DNA from: Eledone cirrhosa
Lineage: Eukaryota
Assembly (NCBI GenBank): GCA_964016885.1
Contig: OZ024744.1
Location: forward strand, 115,630,001 to 115,694,000
DNA: 64,000 bases
Direction: 5' to 3'
Within the stretch, counting starts at the first letter, position 1. Each line of letters begins with the position of its first letter. The notes below the pieces were generated by a model, which saw nothing but the letters and a program-made list of their open reading frames with translations, ran no database searches and was not told the DNA's origin. The position numbers and the translations under genes were made by a program. Below are positions 30,201-44,700 of the stretch, piece by piece.

Positions 30201-32989
30201 CAGAGTCTCTCCATATAACAGTGTCTCTTTCTCAGGTAACAGTGTCTCTCTCATATAACAGTGTCTCCCTCTCATATAACAGTGTCTCCCTCTCATATAA
30301 CAGTGTCTCTCTCATATAACAGTGTCTCTCTCTCTTATAACAGTGTCTCTCTCATATAACAGTGTCTCTCTCATAAAACAGTGTATCTCTCATATAACAG
30401 TATCTCTCTCATATAACAGTGTCTCTCTCATATAACAGTGTCCCTCTCTCATATATCAGTCTCTCTCATCTAACTGTGTCTCTCATATAACAGAGTCTCT
30501 CATATATCAGTGTCTCTCTCTCTCATATAACAGTGTCTCTCATGTAACAGTGTCTCTCTCATATAACAGTGTCTCTCTCATATAACAGTGTCTCTCTCAT
30601 ATAACAGTGTCTCTCTCTCATATAACAGTGTCTCTCTCTCATATAACAGTGTCTCTCTATCATATAACAATGTCTCTCTCGTATAGCAGACTCTCTCTCT
30701 CATATAACAGTGTCTCTCTCTTATATAACAGTGTCTCTCTCTCATATAACAGTGCCTCTCTCGCATAACAGTGTCTCTTTCTCATATATCAGTGTCTCTC
30801 TCATATAACAGTGTCTCTCTCTCATATAACAGTGTCTCTCTCATATAAGAGTGCCTCTCTCATATAACAGTGTCTCACTCTCATATAACAGTGCCTCTCT
30901 CATATAACAGTGTCTCTCTCTCATATAATGGTGTTTCTCTCTCATATAACAGCGTCTCTCTCTCATATAACAGTGTCTCTCTTATATAACAGTGTCTCTC
31001 ACTCATTTAACAGTGTCTCTCATGTAACAGTGTCTCTCTTATATAACAGTGTCTCTCTCATATAACAGTGTCTCTCTCTCATATAACAGTGTCTCTCTCT
31101 CATATAACAGTGTCTCTCTCTCATATAACTGTCTCTCATATATAACAGTATCTCTCTCTCTCATATAACAGTGTCTCTTTCTCATATAATAGTGTGTCTT
31201 TCATATAACAGTGTCTCTCTCTCATATAACAGTGTCTATCTCATACAACAGTGTCTCTCTCATATGACAGTTTCTCTTTCATATAACAGTGTCTCTCTCA
31301 TATAACAGTGTCTCTCTCATATAACAGTGTCTCTCTAATATAACAGTGTCTCTCTCATATAACAGTATCTCTCTCTCATATAACAGTGTCTCTGTCTCTC
31401 ATATAATAGTGTCTCTCAAATATTACAGTGTCTCTCTCGCTTATAACAGTGTCTCTCTCATATAACAGTGTCTCTCTCATATAAGAGAGTCTCTCTCTCA
31501 TATAACAGTGTCTCTCTATCATATAACAGTGTCTCTCTCATATAACAGTATCTCTCTCTCTTATACAGTGTCTCTCTCATATAACAGTGTCTCTCTGTAA
31601 TATAACGAAGTCTCTCTCATATATAACATTATCTCTCTCTGTCATATAAGAGTGTCTCTCTCTCATATAAAAGAGTCTCTCTCATAGAACAGTGTCTCTT
31701 TCTCATATAATAGTGTGTCTTTCATATAACAGTGTCTCTCTCGCATATAACAGTGTCTATCTCATACAACAGTGTTTCTATCATATGACAGCTTCTCTTT
31801 CATATAACAGTGTCTCTCTCATATAACAGTGTCTCTCTCATATAACAGTGTCTCTCTCATATAACAGTGTCTCTCTCTCATATAACAGCGTCTCTCTCTC
31901 ATATAACAGTGTCTCTTTCATATAACAGTGTCTCTCTCATATAACAGTGTCTCTCTCATATAACAGTGTCTCTCTCATATAACAGTGTCTCTCTCTCATA
32001 TAACAGCGTCTCTCTTTCATATAACAGTGTCTCTCATGTAACAGTGTCTCTCTTATATAACAGTGTCTCTCTCATATAACAGTGTCTCTCTCTCATATAA
32101 CAGTGTCTCTCTCTCATATAACAGTGTCTCTCTCATATAACAGTATCTCTCTCTCATGTAACAGTGTCTCTGTCTCTCATATAATAGTGTCTCTCTCATA
32201 TTACAGTGTCTCTCTCGCATATAACAGTGTCTCTCTCATATAACAGTGTCTCTCTTATATAACAGTGTCTCTCTCATATAACAGTTTCTCTCTCATATAA
32301 CAGTGTCTCTCTCATATAACTGTTCCTCTCTCATATAACAGTGTCTCTCTCTAATATAACAGTATCTCTCTCATATAACAGTGTCTCTCTCATATAACAG
32401 TGTCTCTCTCATATAACAGTGTCTCTCTCTCATATAACAGAGTCTCTCTCATATAACAGTGTTTCTGTCTCATATAACAGGATCTCTCTCATATAACAGT
32501 GTCTCTCTCATATAACAATGTTTCTCTCTCATATAACAGTGTCTCTCTTGCATATAAGTGTCTCTCTCATATAACAGTGCTTCTCTCATATAACAGTATC
32601 TCTCTCATGTAACAGTATCTCTCTCATATAACAGTGTCCCTCTCTCATATAACAGTGTCTCTCTCAAATAACAGTGTCTCTCTCATATAACAGTGTCACT
32701 CTCGCATATAACAGTGTCTCTCTCATATAACAGTGTCTCTCTCATATAACAGTGTCCCTCCCTCATACAACAGTTTCTCCCTCTCATATAAAAGTATCTG
32801 TCTCTCTCTCAATTAACTGTCTCTCTCTCATATAACAGTGTCTCTCTCATATAACAGTGCCTCTCTCATATAACAGTGTCTCACTCTCATATAACAGTGC
32901 CTCTCTCATATAACAGTGTCTCTCTCTCATATAACAGTGTTTCTCTCTCATATAACAGTGTCTCTCTCTCATATAACAGTGTCTCTCAT

Positions 32990-35900
32990 ATAACAGTGTC
33001 TCTCACATATAACAGTGTCTCTCTCTCTCATATAATAGTGTGTCTTTCATATTACAATCTCTCTCTATCATAAAACAATGTCTCTCTCTCATATAACAGT
33101 GTCTCTCTCTCATATAACAGTGTCTCTCTTATATAACAGTGTTTCACTCATAAAACAGTGTCTCTCTCATATAACAGTGTCTCGCTCTGATATAATAGTG
33201 TCTCTCTCATATAACAGTGTCTCTCTCGCATATAACAGTGTCTCTCTCATATAACAGTGTCTCTCTCATATAACAGTGTCCCTCCCTCATACAACAGTTT
33301 CTCCCTCTCATATAACAGTGTCTGTCTCTCTCTCAATTAACAGTGTCTCTCTCTCATATAACAGTGTCTCTCTCATATAACAGTGCCTCTCTCATATAAC
33401 AGTGTCTCACTCTCATATAACAGTGCCTCTCTCATATAACAGTGTCTCTCTCTCATATAACAGTGTCTCTCATATAACAGTGTCTCTCACATATAACAGT
33501 GTCTCTCTCTCACATATAATAGTGTGTCTTTCATATTACAATCTCTCTCTATCATAAAACAATGTCTCTCTCACATATAACAGTGTCTCTCTCTCATATA
33601 ACAATGTCTCTCTTATATAACAGTGTTTCACTCATAAAACAGTGTCTCTCTCATATAACTGTGTCTCGCTCTGATATAATAGTGTCTCTCTCATATAACA
33701 GTGTCTCTCTCATATAACAGTGTTTCTCTCTCATATAACAGCGTCTCTCTCTCTCATATAACAGTGTCTCTCTTATATAACAGTGTCTCTCACTCATTTA
33801 ACTGTGTCTCTCATGTAACAGTGTCTCTCTTATATAACAGTGTCTCTCTCATATAACAATGTCTCTCTCTCATATAACAGTGTCTCTCTCTCATATAACA
33901 GTGTCTCTCTCTCATATAACTGCCTCTCATATATAACAGTATCTCTCTCTCTCATATAACAGTGTCTCTTTCTCATATAATAGTGTGTCTTTCATATAAC
34001 AGTGTCTCTCTCTCGTATAACAGTGTCTATCTCATACAACAGTGTCTCTCTCATATGACAGTTTCTCTTTCATATAACAGTGTCTCTCTCATATAACAGT
34101 GTCTCTCTCATATAACAGTGACTCTCTAATATAACAGTCTCTCTCTCATATAACAGTATCTCTCTCTCATATAACAGTGTCTCTGTCTCTCATATAATAG
34201 TGTCTCTCTCATATTACAGTGTCTCTCTCGCATATAACAGTGTCTCTCTCATATAACAGTGTCTCTGTCATATAACAGAGTCTCTCTCTCATATAACAGT
34301 GTCTATCTCATACAACAGTGTCTCTCTCATATGACAGTTTCTCTTTCATATAACAGTGTCTCTCTCATATAACAGTGTCTCTCTCATATAACAGTGTCTC
34401 TCTAATATAACAGTCTCTCTCTCATATAACAGTATCTCTCTCTCATATAACAGTGTCTCTGTCTCTCATATAATAGTGTCTCTCTCATATTACAGTGTCT
34501 CTCTCGCAGATAACAGTGTCTCTCTCATATAACAGTGTCTCTCTCATATAACAGAGTCTCTCTCTCATATAACAGTGTCTCTCTATCATATAACAGTGTC
34601 TCTCTATCATATAACAGTGTCTCTCTCATATAACAGTGTCTCTCTGTAATATAACGAAGTCTCTCTCATATAAAATTGGCTATCTCTCATATAACAGTGT
34701 CTCTCTCTCATGTAAAAGTGTCTCTCTCATATAACAGTGTCTCTCTCTCATATAACTGTCTCTCTCCCAAATAACAGTGTCTCTCTCTCATATAACAGTG
34801 TCTCTCTCATACAACAGTGTCTCTCTCTCATATAACAGTGTCTCTCTCTCATATAACTGTCTCTCTCCCAAATAACAGTGTCTCTCTCTCATATAACAGT
34901 GTCTCTCTCCCAAATAACAGTGTGTCTCTCTCATATAACAGTGTCTCTCTCATACAACAGTGTCTCTCTCATATAACAGTGTCTCTCTCATATAACTGTC
35001 TCTCATATATAACAGTATCTCTCTCTGTCATATAAGAGTGTCTCTCTCTCATATAAAAGAGTCTCTCTCATATAACAGTGTCGCTCACTCATTTAACAGT
35101 ATCTCTCATGTAACAGTGTCTCTCTTATATAACAGTGTCTCTCTCATATAACAGTGTCTCTCTCTCATATAACAGTGTCTCTCTCTCTTATAACAGTGTC
35201 TCTCTCATGTAACTGTCTCTCATATATAACAGTATCTTTCTCTGTCATATAAGAGTGTCTCTCTCTCTCATATAAAAGAGTCTCTCTCATATAACAGTGT
35301 CTCTTTCTCATATAATAGTGTGTCTTTCATATAACAGTGTCTCTCTCGCATATAACAGTGTCTATCTCATACAACAGTGTCTCTCTCATATGACAGTTTC
35401 TCTTTCATATAACAGTGTCTCTCTCATATAACAGTGTCTCTCTCATATAACAGTGTCTCTCTCTAATATAACAGTGTCTCTCTCATATAACAGTATCTCT
35501 CTCTCATATAACAGTGTCTCTGTCTCTCATATAACAGTGTCTCTCTCTAATATAACAGTGTCTCTCTCATATAACAGTGTCTCTCTCATATAACAGTGTC
35601 TCTCTCTCATATAACAGTGTTTCTGTCTCATATAACAGGATCTCTCTCATATAACAGTGTCTCTCTCATATAACAATGTTTCTCTCTCATATAACAGTGT
35701 CTCTCTTGCATATAAGTGTCTCTCTCATATAACAGTGCCTCTCTCATATAACAGTATCTCTCTCATATAACAGTGTCTCTCTCATATAACAGTGTCCCTC
35801 TCTCATATAACAGTGTCTCTCTCATATAACAGTGTCTCTCTCATATAACAGTGTCTCTCTCTCACATAACAGTGTCTCTCACATATAACAGTGTCTCTCT

Positions 35901-38755
35901 CTCTCATATAATAGTGTGTCTTTCATATTACAATCTCTCTCTATCATAAAACAATGTCTCTCTCTCATATAACAGTGTCTCTCTCTCATATAACAGTGTC
36001 TCTCTTATATAACAGTGTTTCACTCATAAAACAGTGTCTCTCTCATATAACAGTGTCTCGCTCTGATATAATAGTGTCTCTCTCATATAACAGTGTCTCT
36101 CTCGCATATAACAGTGTCTCTCTCATATAACAGTGTCTCTCTCATATAACAGTGTCCCTCCCTCATACAACAGTTTCTCCCTCTCATATAACAGTGTCTG
36201 TCTCTCTCTCAATTAACAGTGTCTCTCTCTCATATAACAGTGTCTCTCTCATATAACAGTGCCTCTCTCATATAACAGTGTCTCACTCTCATATAACAGT
36301 GCCTCTCTCATATAACAGTGTCTCTCTCTCATATAACAGTGTCTCTCATATAACAGTGTCTCTCACATATAACAGTGTCTCTCTCTCACATATAATAGTG
36401 TGTCTTTCATATTACAATCTCTCTCTATCATAAAACAATGTCTCTCTCACATATAACAGTGTCTCTCTCTCATATAACAATGTCTCTCTTATATAACAGT
36501 GTTTCACTCATAAAACAGTGTCTCTCTCATATAACTGTGTCTCGCTCTGATATAATAGTGTCTCTCTCATATAACAGTGTCTCTCTCATATAACAGTGTT
36601 TCTCTCTCATATAACAGCGTCTCTCTCTCTCATATAACAGTGTCTCTCTTATATAACAGTGTCTCTCACTCATTTAACTGTGTCTCTCATGTAACAGTGT
36701 CTCTCTTATATAACAGTGTCTCTCTCATATAACAATGTCTCTCTCTCATATAACAGTGTCTCTCTCTCATATAACAGTGTCTCTCTCTCATATAACTGCC
36801 TCTCATATATAACAGTATCTCTCTCTCTCATATAACAGTGTCTCTTTCTCATATAATAGTGTGTCTTTCATATAACAGTGTCTCTCTCTCGTATAACAGT
36901 GTCTATCTCATACAACAGTGTCTCTCTCATATGACAGTTTCTCTTTCATATAACAGTGTCTCTCTCATATAACAGTGTCTCTCTCATATAACAGTGACTC
37001 TCTAATATAACAGTCTCTCTCTCATATAACAGTATCTCTCTCTCATATAACAGTGTCTCTGTCTCTCATATAATAGTGTCTCTCTCATATTACAGTGTCT
37101 CTCTCGCATATAACAGTGTCTCTCTCATATAACAGTGTCTCTGTCATATAACAGAGTCTCTCTCTCATATAACAGTGTCTATCTCATACAACAGTGTCTC
37201 TCTCATATGACAGTTTCTCTTTCATATAACAGTGTCTCTCTCATATAACAGTGTCTCTCTCATATAACAGTGTCTCTCTAATATAACAGTCTCTCTCTCA
37301 TATAACAGTATCTCTCTCTCATATAACAGTGTCTCTGTCTCTCATATAATAGTGTCTCTCTCATATTACAGTGTCTCTCTCGCAGATAACAGTGTCTCTC
37401 TCATATAACAGTGTCTCTCTCATATAACAGAGTCTCTCTCTCATATAACAGTGTCTCTCTATCATATAACAGTGTCTCTCTATCATATAACAGTGTCTCT
37501 CTCATATAACAGTGTCTCTCTGTAATATAACGAAGTCTCTCTCATATAAAATTGGCTATCTCTCATATAACAGTGTCTCTCTCTCATGTAAAAGTGTCTC
37601 TCTCATATAACAGTGTCTCTCTCTCATATAACTGTCTCTCTCCCAAATAACAGTGTCTCTCTCTCATATAACAGTGTCTCTCTCATACAACAGTGTCTCT
37701 CTCTCATATAACAGTGTCTCTCTCTCATATAACTGTCTCTCTCCCAAATAACAGTGTCTCTCTCTCATATAACAGTGTCTCTCTCCCAAATAACAGTGTG
37801 TCTCTCTCATATAACAGTGTCTCTCTCATACAACAGTGTCTCTCTCATATAACTGTCTCTCTCATATAACTGTCTCTCATATATAACAGTATCTCTCTCT
37901 GTCATATAAGAGTGTCTCTCTCTCATATAAAAGAGTCTCTCTCATATAACAGTGTCGCTCACTCATTTAACAGTATCTCTCATGTAACAGTGTCTCTCTT
38001 ATATAACAGTGTCTCTCTCATATAACAGTGTCTCTCTCTCATATAACAGTGTCTCTCTCTCTTATAACAGTGTCTCTCTCATGTAACTGTCTCTCATATA
38101 TAACAGTATCTTTCTCTGTCATATAAGAGTGTCTCTCTCTCTCATATAAAAGAGTCTCTCTCATATAACAGTGTCTCTTTCTCATATAATAGTGTGTCTT
38201 TCATATAACAGTGTCTCTCTCGCATATAACAGTGTCTATCTCATACAACAGTGTCTCTCTCATATGACAGTTTCTCTTTCATATAACAGTGTCTCTCTCA
38301 TATAACAGTGTCTCTCTCATATAACAGTGTCTCTCTCTAATATAACAGTGTCTCTCTCATATAACAGTATCTCTCTCTCATATAACAGTGTCTCTGTCTC
38401 TCATATAACAGTGTCTCTCTCTAATATAACAGTGTCTCTCTCATATAACAGTGTCTCTCTCATATAACAGTGTCTCTCTCTCATATAACAGTGTTTCTGT
38501 CTCATATAACAGGATCTCTCTCATATAACAGTGTCTCTCTCATATAACAATGTTTCTCTCTCATATAACAGTGTCTCTCTTGCATATAAGTGTCTCTCTC
38601 ATATAACAGTGCCTCTCTCATATAACAGTATCTCTCTCATATAACAGTGTCTCTCTCATATAACAGTGTCCCTCTCTCATATAACAGTGTCTCTCTCATA
38701 TAACAGTGTCTCTCTCATATAACAGTGTCTCTCTCTCACATAACAGTGTCTCTCT
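32990..38755 (+). repeat. Near-perfect ~2876-bp tandem duplication in satellite A
   Basis: The diagnostic CGAAG...AAAATTGGC block lies at 34656 and 37532 (offset 2876), and ACATATAAC...ATTACAATCT blocks at 33005 and 35881. The offset becomes 2874 after a 2-bp deletion near 37850. Confidence 0.9.
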
Positions 38756-38759
38756 CATA

Positions 38760-41700
38760 TAACAGAATCTCTCTCAAATGACAGTGTCTCTTTCTCATAT
38801 GTAAGTGTCTCTCTCTCATATAACAGTGTCTCTCTATGTAAGTGTCTCTCTCTAATATAACATAACAGTGTCTCTCTCTAATATAACAATGTCTCTCTCA
38901 ATCATATAACAGTGTCTCTCAATCATATAATAGTGTGTCTCTCATATAACAGTGTCTCTCTATCATAAAACAGAGTCTCTCTCTCATATTACAGTGTCTC
39001 TCTTATATAATAGTGTCTCTCTCTCGTATAACAGTGTCTCTCTCATATAACAGTGTCTCTCTCATATAACAGTGTCTCTTTCATATCACAGTGTCCCTCT
39101 CTCATATAACAGTTTCTATCTCTCATATAACAATGTCTCTCTCTCATATAACAGTGTATCTCTCATTTAATAGCGTCTCTCTCATATAACAGTGTCTCTC
39201 TCATATAACATTGTCTCTCTCATGTAACAGTGTCTCTCTCATATAACAGTGTCTCTCTCTCATGTAACAGTGTCTCTCTCATATAACAGTGTCTCTCTCT
39301 CATATAACAGTGTCTCTCTCATATAACAGTGTCTCTCTCTCATATAACAGTGTCTCTCTCATATAACAGTGTCTCTCTCTCATATAACAGTGTCTCTCTC
39401 TCATATAACAGTGTCTCTCTCTTATATAACAGTGTCTCTCTCGCATATAACAGTGTATCTCTCATATAACAGTGTCTCTCTCACATAACAGTGTCTCTCT
39501 CTCATATAACAGTGTCTCTCTCATATAAGAGTGACTCTCTCTCATATAAGAGTGTCTCTCTCATATAACAGTGTCTCTCTCATATAACAGTGTCTCTCTC
39601 ATATAACAGTGTCGCTCTCTCATATAACAGTGTCTCTCTCATATAACAGTGTCTCTCTCTCATATAACAGTGTCTCTCTCATATAACAGTGTCTCTCTCA
39701 TATAAGAGTGTCTCTCTCTCATACAACGGTGTCTCACTCATATAACAGTGTCTCCTTATCATATAACTGTGTCTCTCTCTCATATAACAATGTCTCTCTC
39801 ATACAACAGTGTCTCTCTCATATAACAGTGTCTCTCTCTCATATAACAGTGTGTCTCATATAATAGCATCTCTTTCATATAACAGTGTCTCTCTCTAATA
39901 TAACAGTGTCTCTCTCTCATATAACAGTGTATCTCTCATATAACAGTATATCTCTCTCATATAAGTGTCTCTCTCATGTAACAGTGACTCTCTCATATAA
40001 CAGTGTCTCTCTCTCTCATATAAAAGTGTCTCTCTCTTATACAGTGTCTCTCTCTCATATAACAGTGTCTCTCTCATATAAGAGTGTCTCTCTCATATAA
40101 GAGTGTCTCTCTCTCATAGAACAGTGTCTCTTTCTCATATAATAGTGTCTCTCTCATATAACAGTGTCTCTCTCATAAAACACTGTCTCCCTCATATAAC
40201 AGTGTCTCTCTCTCATGTAACAGTGTCTCTCTTATATAACAGTGTCTCTCTCTCATATAACAGTCTCTCTCGTATAGCAGTCTCTCTCTCTGTCATATAA
40301 CAGTGTCTCCCTCTCATATAACAGTGTCTCTCTCTCATATAACAGTGTCTCTCTCATATAACTGTCTCTCATATATAACAGTATCTCTCTCTGTCATATA
40401 AGAGTGTCTCTCTCTCATATAAAAGAGTCTCTCTCATATAACAGTGTCTCTCACTCATTTAACAGTGTCTCTCATGTAACACTGTCTCTCTTATATAACA
40501 GTGTCTCTCTCATATAACAGTGTCTCTCTCTCATATAACAGTGTCTCTCTCTCTTATAACAGTGTCTCTCTCATGTAACTGTCTCTCATATATAACAGTA
40601 TCTTTCTCTGTCATATAAGAGTGTCTCTCTCTCTCATATAAAAGAGTCTCTCTCATAAAACAGTGTCTCTCTCGCATATAACAGTGTCTATCTCATATAA
40701 CAGTGTCTCTCTCATATGACAGTTTCTCTTTCATATAACAGTGTTTCTCTTTCATATAACAGTGTCTCTCTCATATAACAGTGTCTCTCTCATATAACAG
40801 TGTCTCTCTCTAATATAACAGTGTCTCTCTCATATAACAGTATCTCTCTCTCATATAACAGTGTCTCTGTCTCTCATATAACAGTGTCTCTCTCTAATAT
40901 AACAGTGTCTCTCTCATATAACAGTGTCTCTCTCATATAACAGTGTCTCTCTCTCATATAACAGTGTTTCTGTCTCATATAACAGGATCTCTCTCATATA
41001 ACAGTGTCTCTCTCATATAACAATGTTTCTCTCTCATATAACAGTGTCTCTCTTGCATATAAGTGTCTCTCTCATATAACAGTGCCTCTCTCATATAACA
41101 GTATCTCTCTCATATAACAGTGTCTCTCTCATATAACAGTGTCCCTCTCTCATATAACAGTGTCTCTCTCATATAACAGTGTCTCTCTCATATAACAGTG
41201 TCTCTCTCGCATATAACAGTGTCTCTCTCATATAACAGTGTCTCTCTCATATAACAGTGTCTCTCTCTCACATAACAGTGTCTCTCTCATATAACAGAAT
41301 CTCTCTCAAATGACAGTGTCTCTTTCTCATATGTAAGTGTCTCTCTCTCATATAACAGTGTCTCTCTATGTAAGTGTCTCTCTCTCATAAAAACGTGTCT
41401 CTCTCATATAACAGTCTCTCTCATGTAACAGTGTCTCTCTTATATAACAGTGTCTCTCTCTCATAACAGTGTCTCTCTGTCATGTAACAGTGTCTCTCTC
41501 ATATAACAGTGTCTCTTTCTCATATAATAGTGTCTCTCATATAACAGGATCTCTCTCTCATAAAACACTGTCTCCCTCATATAACAGGGTCTCTCTCTCA
41601 TGTAACAGTGTCTCTCTTATATAACAGTGTCTCTATCTCATATAACAGTCTCTCGTATAGCACTCTCTCTCTCTCATATAACAGTGTCTCTCTCTCATAT

Positions 41701-44700
41701 AACAGTGTCTCTCTCATATAACAGTGTCTCTCTCATATAACAGTTTCTCTCTAACATAACAGTGTCTCTCTCTAATATAACAATGTCTCTCTCAATCATA
41801 TAACAGTGTCTCTCAATCATATAATAGTGTGTCTCTCATATAACAGTGTCTCTCTATCATAAAATAGAGTCTCTCTCTCATATTACAGTGTCTCTCTTAT
41901 ATAATAGTGTCTCTCTCTCGTATAACAGTGTCTCTCTCATATAACAGTGTCTCTCTCATATAACAGTGTCTCTTTCATATCACAGTGTCCCTCTCTCATA
42001 TAACAGTTTCTATCTCTCATATAACAATGTCTCTCTCTCATATAACAGTGTATCTCTCATTTAATAGCGTCTCTCTCATATAACAGTGTCTCTCTCATAT
42101 AACATTGTCTCTCTCATGTAACAGTGTCTCTCTCATATAACAGTGTCTCTCTCTCATGTAACAGTGTCTCTCTCATATAACAGTGTCTCTCTCTCATATA
42201 ACAGTGTCTCTCTCATATAACAGTGTCTCTCTCTCATATAACAGTGTCTCTCTCATATAACAGTGTCTCTCTCTCATATAACAGTGTCTCTCTCTCATAT
42301 AACAGTGTCTCTCTCTTATATAACAGTGTCTCTCTCGCATATAACAGTGTATCTCTCATATAACAGTGTCTCTCTCACATAACAGTGTCTCTCTCTCATA
42401 TAACAGTGTCTCTCTCATATAAGAGTGACTCTCTCTCATATAAGAGTGTCTCTCTCATATAACAGTGTCTCTCTCATATAACAGTGTCTCTCTCATATAA
42501 CAGTGTCGCTCTCTCATATAACAGTGTCTCTCTCATATAACAGTGTCTCTCTCTCATATAACAGTGTCTCTCTCATATAACAGTGTCTCTCTCATATAAG
42601 AGTGTCTCTCTCTCATACAACGGTGTCTCACTCATATAACAGTGTCTCCTTATCATATAACTGTGTCTCTCTCTCATATAACAATGTCTCTCTCATACAA
42701 CAGTGTCTCTCTCATATAACAGTGTCTCTCTCTCATATAACAGTGTCTCTCATATAATAGCATCTCTTTCATATAACAGTGTCTCTCTCTAATATAACAG
42801 TGTCTCTCTCTCATATAACAGTGTATCTCTCATATAACAGTATATCTCTCTCATATAAGTGTCTCTCTCATGTAACAGTGACTCTCTCATATAACAGTGT
42901 CTCTCTCTCTCATATAAAAGTGTCTCTCTCTTATACAGTGTCTCTCTCTCATATAACAGTGTCTCTCTCATATAAGAGTGTCTCTCTCATATAAGAGTGT
43001 CTCTCTCTCATAGAACAGTGTCTCTTTCTCATATAATAGTGTCTCTCTCATATAACAGTGTCTCTCTCATAAAACACTGTCTCCCTCATATAACAGTGTC
43101 TCTCTCTCATGTAACAGTGTCTCTCTTATATAACAGTGTCTCTCTCTCATATAACAGTCTCTCTCGTATAGCAGTCTCTCTCTCTGTCATATAACAGTGT
43201 CTCCCTCTCATATAACAGTGTCTCTCTCTCATATAACAGTGTCTCTCTCATATAACTGTCTCTCATATATAACAGTATCTCTCTCTGTCATATAAGAGTG
43301 TCTCTCTCTCATATAAAAGAGTCTCTCTCATATAACAGTGTCTCTCACTCATTTAACAGTGTCTCTCATGTAACACTGTCTCTCTTATATAACAGTGTCT
43401 CTCTCATATAACAGTGTCTCTCTCTCATATAACAGTGTCTCTCTCTCTTATAACAGTGTCTCTCTCATGTAACTGTCTCTCATATATAACAGTATCTTTC
43501 TCTGTCATATAAGAGTGTCTCTCTCTCTCATATAAAAGAGTCTCTCTCATATAACAGTGTCTCTCTCGCATATAACAGTGTCTATCTCATATAACAGTGT
43601 CTCTCTCATATGACAGTTTCTCTTTCATATAACAGTGTCTCTCTCATATAACAGTGTCTCTCTCATATAACAGTGTCTCTCTCTAATATAACAGTGTCTC
43701 TCTCATATAACAGTATCTCTCTCTCATATAACAGTGTCTCTGTCTCTCATATAACAGTGTCTCTCTCTAATATAACAGTGTCTCTCTCATATAACAGTGT
43801 CTCTCTCATATAACAGTGTCTCTCTCTCATATAACAGAGTCTCTCTCATATAACAGTGTTTCTGTCTCATATAACAGGATCTCTCTCATATAACAGTGTC
43901 TCTCTCATATAACAATGTTTCTCTCACATATAACAGTGTCTCTCTTGCATATAAGTGTCTCTCTCATATAACAGTGCCTCTCTCATATAACAGTATCTCT
44001 CTCATATAACAGTGTCTCTCTCATATAACAGTGTCCCTCTGTCATATAACAGTGTCTCTCTCATATAACAGTGTCTCTCTCATATAACAGTGTCTCTCTC
44101 GCATATAACAGTGTCTCTCTCATATAACAGTGTCTCTCTCATATAACAGTGTCTCTCTCTCACATAACAGTGTCTCTCTCATATACCAGAATCTCTCTCA
44201 AATGACAGTGTCTCTTTCTCATATGTAAGTGTCTCTCTCTCATATAACAGTGTCTCTCTATGTAAGTGTCTCTCTCTCATAAAAACGTGTCTCTCTCATA
44301 TAACAGTCTCTCTCATGTAACAGTGTCTCTCTTATATAACAGTGTCTCTCTCTCATAACAGTGTCTCTCTGTCATGTAACAGTGTCTCTCTCATATAAGA
44401 GTGTCTCTTTCTCATATAATAGTGTCTCTCATATAACAGGATCTCTCTCTCTCATAAAACACTGTCTCCCTCATATAACAGGGTCTCTCTCTCATGTAAC
44501 AGTGTCTCTCTTATATAACAGAGTCTCTATCTCATATAACAGTCTCTCGTATAGCACTCTCTCTCTCTCTCATATAACAGTGTCTCTCTCTCATATAACA
44601 GTGTCTCTCTCATATAACAGTGTCTCTCTCATATAACAGTTTCTCTCTAATATAACAGTGTCTCTCTCTAATATAACAATGTCTCTCTCTAATATAACAA

